Shown here: positions 28,847 through 37,129 of the stretch, in pieces
How positions within the stretch are numbered: the first letter of the stretch is position 1
How the letters are laid out: every line of letters starts with the position of its first letter
Assembly (NCBI GenBank): GCA_022710715.1
Contig: JAKLGJ010000001.1
Coordinates: forward strand, 490,041-554,040
Origin: Candidatus Omnitrophota bacterium
GTDB taxonomy: Bacteria > Omnitrophota > Gorgyraeia > Gygaellales > Profunditerraquicolaceae
Length of the DNA stretch: 64,000 nucleotides
Direction of reading: 5' to 3'
Made by a program: the position numbers and the translations under genes
The notes under the pieces: model-generated
Databases searched by the model: none
Seen by the model: the letters and a program-made list of their open reading frames with translations, nothing else
Told to the model about the DNA's origin: nothing

Positions 28847-29560
28847 TTAGAACGACCAGTTCACGATGACCATGAATTCCAGCGGTTTCTTATTGCCGTT
28901 GTAGTTGGCAAGACCGACTTGCAGGCCGTCAAGGGATTTGGTATAGTTGACCAGGCCCAGCTGCAACCCGTGCATTTCTTGCGCGTAGTTGACAAAGCCG
29001 CCCTGGAACCCTTTGAACGTCCCTTTGGCGTAGTTCACCACGCCCAGGTTGGCGCCGCTGGTTGCCCCTTCAGATACGTTCAACAGGCCGCTCTGCAGGC
29101 CGACGAATCTGCCTACGGTATAATTGAACGCTCCATGCTGCCAGCCGTGAAAATATCCTTCAGTCCAGTTGACCAGACCCAGTTGCACGCCGGTCAGGTC
29201 GCCTTTGGTGATATTCAGCCAGCCGCTCTGCAGGCCGACAAAACGGTCGCCGCACAGGTTGGCGATACCGGATTGCAATCCATGGACATAGCCGTCATTG
29301 ACCCAGTTGCCCAGGCCCCACTGTACGCCTGCGGCATTGCCGGTGGCTTTATTCACGCCCAAAAACGACAGCGCGAATCCGGTGAAATCGGCGTTGACCG
29401 TGTAAAAGAGGTCGAGGCTCACGCCCTTGATGGATGTATCTTCGGGCACCATCTGGATGGGATTGAAGAGCGATAACTGTAAAGGTTTGGTGTCCTGCGC
29501 GCAAGCCGCCCCGGCCATAGCCAGAACCAGAAGCGTAACCACTAAAATTCTCTTACTCAT
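28847..29560 (-). CDS. secreted short-repeat (beta-solenoid-like) protein
   Basis: Signal peptide MSKRILVVTLLVLAMAGAACA, then about ten ~15-aa repeats G-x-Q-x-G-x-x-N-[WY] (e.g. GLQLGLVNYTKSLDGLQVGLANY). Start set at M32 with AAGGAGGG RBS. Confidence 0.55.
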   Translation of the reverse strand: MSKRILVVTLLVLAMAGAACAQDTKPLQLSLFNPIQMVPEDTSIKGVSLDLFYTVNADFTGFALSFLGVNKATGNAAGVQWGLGNWVNDGYVHGLQSGIANLCGDRFVGLQSGWLNITKGDLTGVQLGLVNWTEGYFHGWQHGAFNYTVGRFVGLQSGLLNVSEGATSGANLGVVNYAKGTFKGFQGGFVNYAQEMHGLQLGLVNYTKSLDGLQVGLANYNGNKKPLEFMVIVNWSF

Positions 29561-29692
29561 GCCCCCTCCTTGTTGATGGTTTTTTTTACGCATCTCCACA
29601 CGCGATGTTTCTTGAGCCGGCCTCCTTTCTTTGCTTTTGATCTCTGAACCCAAAGCATGTTGAAGTCCGCTGATGCGATGGCAATTAGAAAT

Positions 29693-30307
29693 TTATCGCA
29701 GGCTGCCGAGCAATTCGGAACATTTGGGAATATATTCCTTATCCATATCGCTGATCCACAGGCCGGTCTCATTACAATGGTCCAGATACGTTTCGAGAAG
29801 AACAACCGCCAGTTTTTCCTGCCCTGTTTTTATATACGATAAACCGAGATAATAGTGCGCCCGGGCATGCTCCGGTCGTATTCGTATCGCATTCTGCAAC
29901 GGAGCTATCGCTTCTTTATACTTCCCCTGATCGTGATATGCCTGTCCTTGAGCGGCGAAAAAGTTGGATTCCGTTATTTTTCCGAGATCCGGACCGGATG
30001 AGCTTTTAATAGCGGGAGTCGGCGCTGGCGGTTGACTGCTTGAGTCCGGGAAAGAGGTCGTAACCGGTTTACTGACTTCGCGCGACGCTACCTCCGCTTT
30101 TTGAACCCTTTTTACCAGTTTACCATTGCGAAGAGGGATTTCGAGCAGGATAGTATCCGCCTCTTCGCCGATGATGTTCCCCTGTAAGGCGTTCCCGTCT
30201 TTCAGAAGAATAGTATCAGCGCGACAGGAAGCCGCCCAGCATACAAAGGCCAGCATGAACACAAGGAGACTTCCTGTCGGGCGGATATACAATCTACGCA
30301 ATTTCAA
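29693..30307 (-). CDS. secreted TPR-repeat protein
   Basis: Signal peptide then TPR-like helices (AQGQAYHDQGKYKEAIAPLQNAIRIRPEHARAHYYLGLSYIKTG). Confidence 0.55.
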   Translation of the reverse strand: MKLRRLYIRPTGSLLVFMLAFVCWAASCRADTILLKDGNALQGNIIGEEADTILLEIPLRNGKLVKRVQKAEVASREVSKPVTTSFPDSSSQPPAPTPAIKSSSGPDLGKITESNFFAAQGQAYHDQGKYKEAIAPLQNAIRIRPEHARAHYYLGLSYIKTGQEKLAVVLLETYLDHCNETGLWISDMDKEYIPKCSELLGSLR

Positions 30308-30828
30308 TATTTCACGAGAGGATCATTGGGGAATTGTTGTTTCAAATCCACAACGCCCACGTCGTACATGCCGCAACCGACGACATACGGTTTGCCGTCG
30401 ATCATAGCCTTTTTCACAAATGCTATTTTAGAGTATTCTCCCGTTTTTCCGGGTTTTGGCCACAGGTACGCTACCCACCCTTCATTCTTTTCCATGACCA
30501 GTTTGTTCATCGCAACAATAAACTGGAATCCCCGCGAATCCTGCAGGCCGATAGTCATGGTATTCTCAAGATGCGGTTGGGTGGGGTGAACGATCATCAT
30601 CCCGTCAAGATCGTGGATCCAGATATATCCCTGGCCGTTACCGAACCTGAACTCGCCGTCGGGATCCTTTATTTTAGCGAAGCCGCTTTTACCTTCTGCG
30701 GCCAGCATGCTCACCGCGTCATTAACTTTTTGTTTCACCAGTGTCATCGACATTTCTTCCGCCCAGCACCGGCTTAGTGAAAAAAACAAAACGGCACACA
30801 CTACACACAGCAGCACTTTCCTAACCAT
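30304..30828 (-). CDS. periplasmic Cache-domain protein (stand-alone sensor-like domain)
   Basis: Signal peptide; GYIWIHDLDGMMIVHP is a Cache-domain hallmark. Confidence 0.5.
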   Translation of the reverse strand: MVRKVLLCVVCAVLFFSLSRCWAEEMSMTLVKQKVNDAVSMLAAEGKSGFAKIKDPDGEFRFGNGQGYIWIHDLDGMMIVHPTQPHLENTMTIGLQDSRGFQFIVAMNKLVMEKNEGWVAYLWPKPGKTGEYSKIAFVKKAMIDGKPYVVGCGMYDVGVVDLKQQFPNDPLVKY

Positions 30829-30914
30829 GTATACCTCCCGTTTTATGATTATAAACTATTTTACAACCAGACGCGTTATTCTTCAAGACTTATTCTATGA
30901 AGGCGAAAGAAAAG

Positions 30915-30988
30915 TGGCGGAGAGTGGATTTAAACCACCGACCAAGCGGGTATGAGCCGCGTGCTCTATCAGGCTGAGCTACTCCGCC
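30915..30988 (-). tRNA. tRNA-like gene with CAU anticodon (Met or Ile2), atypical D/T loops
   Basis: Perfect 7-bp acceptor GGCGGAG/CTCCGCC, anticodon loop CUCAUAC. D-loop AGCCTGAT lacks G18G19 and T-loop is TTTAAAT (no C56); not initiator-like (G1-C72). Confidence 0.6.
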
Positions 30989-31047
30989 ATAAAATTTGGT
31001 GAGATAAATATAGTACCACAAATTTCCCAAATTGCAAGGCCGCGCCG

Positions 31048-31509
31048 TCACTTTTTGGCCGGAGTCTCTGCTTTCTGCTCTTCCAGGATGATGTTGCCTT
31101 GCGCGTCGTAGTCGTGATATTTCATCATGCTGCCGTGCGGCGAGGAACCTGCGGGTGAACCCATCATGCCGGCCTGGGGATCGGCCATCATTTCGCTTCC
31201 ATCCGATTCGCAGAAGGTTCTGGGGCAGCCCGGCATCATCGGCCCGCCCTGCATCCAGGGATGATGCGCTTTCCAGGCGCTCTTGCCTTTCATCAGGTGA
31301 AAAACCGATTTTCCGCTGACGGTCAGGTATAAGCCGGTAGATAGAACGATGGCCGCCGAAAGCCACAGGCAAACCAGCACGAATCTGCCGAAACGTTTGA
31401 GCGTTTTGTTGCCTGCTTTGACTTGCGCAAAGAGGACGAAATAGCTGATGGTCAAAAGAATCGTCGCAGGCACGATGCACAATAATCCGGTCCAGTTATA
31501 GTATCCCAT
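31048..31509 (-). CDS. Met/His-rich membrane protein (possible copper/metal-binding)
   Basis: Two N-terminal TM helices then HHPWMQGGPMMPGCP...MMADPQAGMMGSPAGSSPHGSMM Met-rich motifs. Confidence 0.5.
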   Translation of the reverse strand: MGYYNWTGLLCIVPATILLTISYFVLFAQVKAGNKTLKRFGRFVLVCLWLSAAIVLSTGLYLTVSGKSVFHLMKGKSAWKAHHPWMQGGPMMPGCPRTFCESDGSEMMADPQAGMMGSPAGSSPHGSMMKYHDYDAQGNIILEEQKAETPAKK

Positions 31510-31597
31510 TAGATCCTCCCTTTTTTCATAAGGTCATACATAGTATTATACTTCAAACATATATTTTATGAAGATTTTTTTGTGCTATAATACTGCC

Positions 31598-32176
31598 ATG
31601 AGAAAATTAATGCTGGTTGGTTTGATGCTGGTTTGTTCATGCGGATGCGCTTATCTGGGTTATGTCAAAGACCCTTTTGTGGACATCCCGGTATTCACCC
31701 GGGTGGACAGCCGGATATACCGCGGCGGCAGGCTGAAAGCCAAAGGCTGGGAGCAGCTTTCTGCCGCAGGCATCAAGAGTATTATCAGCCTGCAGGGCGC
31801 GAGCCCGAAGGTCAGCCGGGAAGAACGTCTGGCTCTGGAGCGCGGCATGCGTTTCTACCATCTGCCCATGACAGTCTTCAAGCAGCCGACACAGGAACAG
31901 GCTGTACGTTTCCTGGAAATCGTGCTGGATAAGGCCAATCAGCCGGTATTTGTGCATTGCGACAGCGGCCGGGACCGCACCGGCGCCATGATCGCTTTTT
32001 ACCGGGTGGTAGTCGATGGCTGGACGATCAAACGCGCTTATCATGAAGCGCGTCAATTCGGCTTCTTCCCCTATCACGGAGACGAAGCGGAGTTGAAAAT
32101 GTTCATCCATCAGCTTAAAGACAAGCAGGTTTATTTTGAGAAAGCGCAAGAGTTACTCGCCGCGGAAAATCGGTAG
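31598..32176 (+). CDS. protein-tyrosine/dual-specificity phosphatase family lipoprotein
   Basis: CX5R active site HCDSGRDRTG; signal/lipobox-like LVCSCGC; start trimmed to MRKLML. Confidence 0.7.
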   Translation: MRKLMLVGLMLVCSCGCAYLGYVKDPFVDIPVFTRVDSRIYRGGRLKAKGWEQLSAAGIKSIISLQGASPKVSREERLALERGMRFYHLPMTVFKQPTQEQAVRFLEIVLDKANQPVFVHCDSGRDRTGAMIAFYRVVVDGWTIKRAYHEARQFGFFPYHGDEAELKMFIHQLKDKQVYFEKAQELLAAENR

Positions 32177-32522
32177 TTGTCTGGCGTGCGCCTGTCTGTT
32201 GATCGCGCTGGGCGCGGGTCCTGCCTGTGCCCGCACCACGGAACACCATCTGATCAATATGGGCCGCGACGTGTTGAACGTAATCGCCTCCCCGGTAAAA
32301 GCTCTGCTGATCAAAGGGCCGCAAGCGGTCAAACGCATGTATGCCTATGAAGTCTATGAGCGCGAAAAACCCGAGGACCGGGGCTTGCTGCGTTATAAAT
32401 TATTCGCCATCTTGAGCGCTCCTGCCGTGGAAGTAAAATCTCTCATTGATGGATTGGTGGAAAGCGTGAATTACGGCGGAAAATTCGGCAAAGAATTTCT
32501 CTCAATTCCCTTCAGCGACTAA
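32136..32522 (+). CDS. hypothetical small secreted protein
   Basis: Signal-peptide-like CLACACLLIALGAGPACA; 128 aa; overlaps phosphatase 3' end. Confidence 0.35.
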   Translation: MRKRKSYSPRKIGSCLACACLLIALGAGPACARTTEHHLINMGRDVLNVIASPVKALLIKGPQAVKRMYAYEVYEREKPEDRGLLRYKLFAILSAPAVEVKSLIDGLVESVNYGGKFGKEFLSIPFSD

Positions 32523-32722
32523 AATTATTTTTCCCTGCCCGCTACTTTATAATGCCCTTTTTAAAACCTCTTTCTAACTCATTTATCAGCATACTGTTAC
32601 CATGTGCATCCTTGCAAAGTTACACTTTTTAAAACAGGTTTAATAAGTCTTAACCTATTGGAAATAAAATAATTTATATGCTATACTTATAGTGATGAAA
32701 GAGATGAACAAAGAGGCCAAAT

Positions 32723-33169
32723 ATGTTTACGTTCAACAAGGTGTTGACAATATTTTGCGTCTTGATGATGGGGCTAACGCCTCTTCTCGCCTCTTTTTCC
32801 CACGCTCAAGAAGCGGATTCCATCTTCAACGATAAATACCTCGCCCAGCAGAAACCCGTCGAAAAAGGGCAGCATATCACCCGCTCGATCACTACGCCTT
32901 TGAAACAGGAACGCAAAAATTTCCTGCTGCGCTGGTTCACTTCCAAAGCCTACGCCGAAGCGAATAACGTGAATATGGACAGGAAGCGTATCCGTCAGGA
33001 ATGGCAGCGCGTTCTCGGGCTGGATATATTCTATCCCTATTTTAAAGCGCAGGAAATCAAGGAAGTCGTTCAGGAAAAAACCCACGTTCAATTCTTCAAC
33101 ATGAAGGGCCGCGCCGAATTCGATGAATCAAAGCGCCAGGTCCGCTACATCTTCAAGAGAAAGTTCTAA
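32723..33169 (+). CDS. hypothetical secreted protein
   Basis: Signal peptide MFTFNKVLTIFCVLMMGLTPLLASFSHA; preceded by 200-bp AT-rich intergenic region. Confidence 0.45.
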   Translation: MFTFNKVLTIFCVLMMGLTPLLASFSHAQEADSIFNDKYLAQQKPVEKGQHITRSITTPLKQERKNFLLRWFTSKAYAEANNVNMDRKRIRQEWQRVLGLDIFYPYFKAQEIKEVVQEKTHVQFFNMKGRAEFDESKRQVRYIFKRKF

Positions 33170-33183
33170 TCTCGCCGTATTTA

Positions 33184-33606
33184 TTACTTAAGAGATAACA
33201 GGGTGTGCCACACAGGCAGGGAGACGATTTTTCTTCCGAAGAGGATCACCCCGACTGCGATCGCGTTGAGGGACGCGATCAGTACCACCGCAGCCGCGAT
33301 GTCCTTGACCAGTTTGATCAGGATTTTGTATTTACGGGTGAACATGTCGATGGTCATTTCTATGGCGGTATTGAACATTTCGGCCATGAAGACCATGGTG
33401 ATGGTCAGGCAGAGCGTTACCAGTTCCAGTCCGGTTAATGCGCAGTAAATGCCCAGCAGGAATGCGGCGATGCCGCAGAGAAAAATGATGCGCATGTTGC
33501 GGTGATACAGGAACAGATAGAGTAAGCCGTTAAAAGCCAGCCGGAGGCTTTCCCAGAAGCCATGGAACTGGAATATTCGACGGAATATCCGGTAACGTTT
33601 TGGCAT
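33184..33606 (-). CDS. dgkA: diacylglycerol kinase (DgkA family) membrane protein
   Basis: AEMFNTAIE motif and three TM helices. Confidence 0.75.
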   Translation of the reverse strand: MPKRYRIFRRIFQFHGFWESLRLAFNGLLYLFLYHRNMRIIFLCGIAAFLLGIYCALTGLELVTLCLTITMVFMAEMFNTAIEMTIDMFTRKYKILIKLVKDIAAAVVLIASLNAIAVGVILFGRKIVSLPVWHTLLSLK

Positions 33607-33608
33607 AG

Positions 33609-33908
33609 TTATTTTTTGAAGATCACGTAGAGCAGCGCGAGAATCAAGAGGAACGAAACGAGATAAAAATCGTTGAAGTAGATGAAATCGAACAGCTTGT
33701 CCTTCAAAGTGTATTCCTCTGTCCGCGCCGGCACGGTCTTGTTGTGTTTCTTGAATTCCTCGACCTGGTGCTGTTTGAAACGGATATACACTCCCCCGAC
33801 ATTATAGGCCGGGATAGCTCCGGATTCGGCCAGGTCGATGACTTCTTTCTCGGTGATGTTCAACACGTGGGCTACTTCTCTGACCGTCAAGAGCTTGTCT
33901 TCCGCCAT
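33609..33908 (-). CDS. excisionase-family HTH DNA-binding protein with C-terminal transmembrane anchor
   Basis: LTVREVAHVLNITEKEVIDLAESGAIPAYNVGGVYIRF HTH_17 domain plus C-terminal hydrophobic helix FYLVSFLLILALLYVIF. Confidence 0.55.
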   Translation of the reverse strand: MAEDKLLTVREVAHVLNITEKEVIDLAESGAIPAYNVGGVYIRFKQHQVEEFKKHNKTVPARTEEYTLKDKLFDFIYFNDFYLVSFLLILALLYVIFKK

Positions 33909-33910
33909 TC

Positions 33911-34417
33911 TTATCTGCCTATTTTTCCTTCAGCAATCCAGGCGTCGATCGCTTTGCGTTCGAACGTCCAATCGTTGCCCTGTTTGAGCGCGGGGATCCG
34001 TCCGGCATTGGCCCATTCCAGGATGGAATTCATCTCTACTTCCAGATACCGAGCGAGCTCTTCGGCATTAAGCACTTCCGCCAGCATAGAGCATTTTCCT
34101 TCGAATATCGCGCCGGATTCGATACTCAAGCGGACCGGGGAGATATCCCCTTCCACGATGGCGCCCGATTGGAGCAGTAATTCCTGTTTCGCGGTAATCC
34201 TGCCTTTGACCTTGCCGCCGATTACGACTGAATCGCCGCGAATATCGCCCAGAACGACCGCGCCCGGTCCGATAGTCAGGTTGCCTTTTGTTTCGAGATT
34301 CCCTTCAAACTTTCCATTGATGCGCAGGTTGACCGGGTCTTTGAAGGTGAGGTTGCCTTGCATGGAAGCGTCGACATCGAGTATTTTCCCTTCTTCTTTC
34401 TTCGCTTTAAAGGCCAT
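33911..34417 (-). CDS. bactofilin-domain protein fused to C-terminal excisionase-type HTH
   Basis: Beta-helical G-x-V/I repeats (GNLTIGPGAVVLGDIRGDSVVIGGKVKGRITAKQELLLQSGAIVEGDI) then LNAEELARYLEVEMNSILEWANAGRIPALKQGNDWTF HTH. Confidence 0.65.
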   Translation of the reverse strand: MAFKAKKEEGKILDVDASMQGNLTFKDPVNLRINGKFEGNLETKGNLTIGPGAVVLGDIRGDSVVIGGKVKGRITAKQELLLQSGAIVEGDISPVRLSIESGAIFEGKCSMLAEVLNAEELARYLEVEMNSILEWANAGRIPALKQGNDWTFERKAIDAWIAEGKIGR

Positions 34418-34893
34418 TATCTCTTCCCCTCCTTATCTTGTTTCTCACAATCGTTTTTGAATACCGCAGACTCGAATCTGCGCAGAACGAATAAGACGAT
34501 GAGAGTCAGAAGAGTTGTGGTGAGACTGGCGCTGTAAAAACCGCATCCGACCGCTAACCCGATAGCCGAGACAACCCACAGGCATGCCGCGGTGGTCAAT
34601 CCCCGGACTTCAATGGTATCTCTTTCCCGGATGATGGCGCCGGCGCCCAGGAAACCTATGCCGGTGATGACCCCTGCTGCTATCCGGCTCGGGTCGAGGT
34701 TGGCGACATGCCGATACATTTCATATACGTACATCGAGGTGAGCATGATCAGGCATGAACCCATGCAGACCAGGATATTGGTGCGTAACCCGGCGTTCCT
34801 GCGGTTCATCTGGCGTTCGAGACCGATAAGTCCTCCCAATACTACGGAAAGGATCAGTCTGATGCTGACATCGGAATCAGTGAGCATGATCAT
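34417..34893 (-). CDS. mgtC: MgtC/SapB family membrane protein
   Basis: GGLIGLERQ motif and 4-5 TM helices. Confidence 0.75.
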   Translation of the reverse strand: MIMLTDSDVSIRLILSVVLGGLIGLERQMNRRNAGLRTNILVCMGSCLIMLTSMYVYEMYRHVANLDPSRIAAGVITGIGFLGAGAIIRERDTIEVRGLTTAACLWVVSAIGLAVGCGFYSASLTTTLLTLIVLFVLRRFESAVFKNDCEKQDKEGKR

Positions 34894-35854
34894 GTCCTCG
34901 TTTGCGCGCGAGTTTATACAGATGATACCCCAGGCCTGCGACCATAGCGGCGTTATCCATGCACAGGGGTTTATCGGGGAACAGTACCCGGATGCCCCGG
35001 CGGCGCGCTTGTTCCTCGAATTTTTCCCGCAGCACGGTATTGGCTGCGACTCCCCCGCCGACAGCCAGCGTATCCGTTTTCTTTATTGTACAGGCTAATA
35101 GCGACTTGTCAACCAAAGTGTTGAGCGCGGCGTCCTGAAAAGAAGCGCAGATATCGGCAATGCGTCGGCGTTCAGCCGGGTGTTTCTGCGTATAATAGAG
35201 CACGGCGGTTTTAATGCCGCTGAAGCTGAAATCCAGAGGCGCTTTGGTATTTGAGCAGCTGAAGCGGATAGCCCGGGGATCGCCGGCGCGCGCGCGTTTT
35301 TCGATGACCGGTCCTCCGGGATATCCCAGTTGCAGGATTTTTGCGACTTTGTCGAACGCTTCGCCGCAGGCGTCATCCTGGGTAGAGCCGAGCAGCTTGA
35401 GGTCCAGGTAATCTTTCAGGTAGTACAGGCTGGTATGTCCGCCGGAAACGATCAGGCCGACGCAGGGGAACCGGACCGTGTTTTTTTTACCCAGAAAACA
35501 GGCGTAGATATGGCTGTACAGATGGTCGACCGGGACCACCGGGATGCCCAGGGCCAGCCCAAGGGCCCTGGCAAACGATATGCCGACCAGAAGCGAGCCC
35601 AGCAGCCCGGGTTTTTCGGTGAAAGCAATGGCGGCGATATCCCCGCGGCGCACCCCTGCTTCGTGGAAAGCGCATTCCGCCACTTCGCTGATGGTCTCGA
35701 GTTGTTTGCGAAAGGCTATCTCCGGCACGATGCCGCCGTATTTCCGGTGAAAGGCGACGCTTGATGAGACCACGCTCGAGCGGATCAGCTTGCCGTCGCT
35801 TACCACGGCGCATGCCGTTTCGTCGCAGGAAGTTTCGATGCCGAGTATATGCAT
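34877..35854 (-). CDS. tsaD: tRNA N6-adenosine threonylcarbamoyltransferase
   Basis: MHILGIETSCDETA N-terminus and Kae1/TsaD ASKHA fold. Confidence 0.9.
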   Translation of the reverse strand: MHILGIETSCDETACAVVSDGKLIRSSVVSSSVAFHRKYGGIVPEIAFRKQLETISEVAECAFHEAGVRRGDIAAIAFTEKPGLLGSLLVGISFARALGLALGIPVVPVDHLYSHIYACFLGKKNTVRFPCVGLIVSGGHTSLYYLKDYLDLKLLGSTQDDACGEAFDKVAKILQLGYPGGPVIEKRARAGDPRAIRFSCSNTKAPLDFSFSGIKTAVLYYTQKHPAERRRIADICASFQDAALNTLVDKSLLACTIKKTDTLAVGGGVAANTVLREKFEEQARRRGIRVLFPDKPLCMDNAAMVAGLGYHLYKLARKRGHDHAH

Positions 35855-35857
35855 AGT

Positions 35858-37129
35858 TTATTTCTGGCTGATCTTTTTGTAGATCTGCACGGCTTTGAGA
35901 ATATCCACAGCGCGCATCAATTGCGTGTCGGATTTGAGATCGTCCTGCGGTTTTACCTGCGGCTGTTTGTTTTTGTCGTCAATGCGGTCGAAGACCTCTT
36001 CGCCCTTCGCCTCTTCTTTCTCGTCATCTTCGGTCGCGGGTTGCTGTTCTTCAACGACGATATCGGGAATGACCCCGTTGCCGTGGATGACTTTCCCCGA
36101 AGGCGTGAAATATTTGCTGGTGGTCAGGCGCAGCGCCGAACCGTCGCTTAACGGGATAACGGTTTGAACCGAGCCTTTACCGAATGATTTAGTCCCGACG
36201 ATGATCGCCCGTTTGTAATCCTGCAATGCGCCGGCGACGATCTCGCTGCCCGAAGCCGATCCTTCGTTGATGAGTATGACCATGGGCAGGTCCAGCAGCG
36301 GCGACGCCTCCCGGCCGGTGAATTCCATGTTCTGCTGGGATTTCCGTCCCTTGGTGGAAACGATCAGTTTGCCGCGCTCGACGAATTTTTCGGCCACGCC
36401 GATGGCGGAATCCAGCAGACCGCCGGGATTATTGCGCAGGTCGATGATCAGCGCGACCATCCCTTCTTTTTTGAGCTTCTGCAGGGTTGTCGTCAGGTCG
36501 GCGACCGTGTTTTCCCGGAATTCCACCAGCCGGACATACCCGATCCCGTCGGAGAGTATGCGCGGGTTTTTTATATCCTGGATCTTGATCACGTCGCGGA
36601 CGATTTTGATATCCAGCAGTTTATGTTCCGATTCTCTAAGGATGGTGACGGTCACCGGCTCGCCGGGTTTTCCGCGCAGCTTCTTGACCGCGTCGGTAAG
36701 AGTGATATCGCGGGTCAATTCTCCGTTTATCTTGACGATCCGGTCTTTGGCCTTGAGCCCGGCTTTCCACGCCGGCGTATCCTGTATCGGGGTGACCACG
36801 GTCAGCAAACCGTCTTTGATCGTGATCTCGATGCCCAGACCGCCGAATTTGCCTTCCGTATCGACTTTCAGCTCATTGTAGGTGTCCGGATCCATGAACT
36901 GGCTGTGCGGATCCAGCGCGGAGAGCATGCCTTTGAGCGCTCCGTAGATCAGATCTTTGGGTTTAACTTCGTCGACATATTCGGTCTGGACAATGGCCAG
37001 GGAGTCGGAAAACAGCTCTACCTGTTTGAAAAGGTCGGTTTTTCCTTTTTCCATGGCCGGTATGGTAATGGTGGAGATGCCCAGAGCGATTGCGATCAAA
37101 AGCGAGCCGACGAGGATCTTCCTAAGCAT
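35858..37129 (-). CDS. ctpA: carboxyl-terminal processing protease (S41 family, PDZ-containing)
   Basis: Signal/TM N-terminus, PDZ domain, GSASGSEI...KSFGKGSVQT S41 catalytic region. Confidence 0.85.
   Translation of the reverse strand: MLRKILVGSLLIAIALGISTITIPAMEKGKTDLFKQVELFSDSLAIVQTEYVDEVKPKDLIYGALKGMLSALDPHSQFMDPDTYNELKVDTEGKFGGLGIEITIKDGLLTVVTPIQDTPAWKAGLKAKDRIVKINGELTRDITLTDAVKKLRGKPGEPVTVTILRESEHKLLDIKIVRDVIKIQDIKNPRILSDGIGYVRLVEFRENTVADLTTTLQKLKKEGMVALIIDLRNNPGGLLDSAIGVAEKFVERGKLIVSTKGRKSQQNMEFTGREASPLLDLPMVILINEGSASGSEIVAGALQDYKRAIIVGTKSFGKGSVQTVIPLSDGSALRLTTSKYFTPSGKVIHGNGVIPDIVVEEQQPATEDDEKEEAKGEEVFDRIDDKNKQPQVKPQDDLKSDTQLMRAVDILKAVQIYKKISQK

Noticed and set aside
28664-29476. 270-aa plus-strand ORF
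   Set aside because: Antisense to the secreted G-x-Q-x-G repeat protein gene; no independent support
30915-30988. Initiator tRNA-fMet assignment for the CAU tRNA
   Set aside because: Position 1-72 is a G-C pair and the anticodon stem lacks the three consecutive G-C pairs of bacterial initiators; elongator Met or Ile2 is more consistent, though loops are atypical
30890-31480. 196-aa minus-strand ORF overlapping the CAU tRNA and the Met-rich protein gene
   Set aside because: Alternative frame of 31048-31509; Arg/Gln-rich low-complexity translation and tRNA overlap; the 153-aa frame has TM helices and metal-binding motifs
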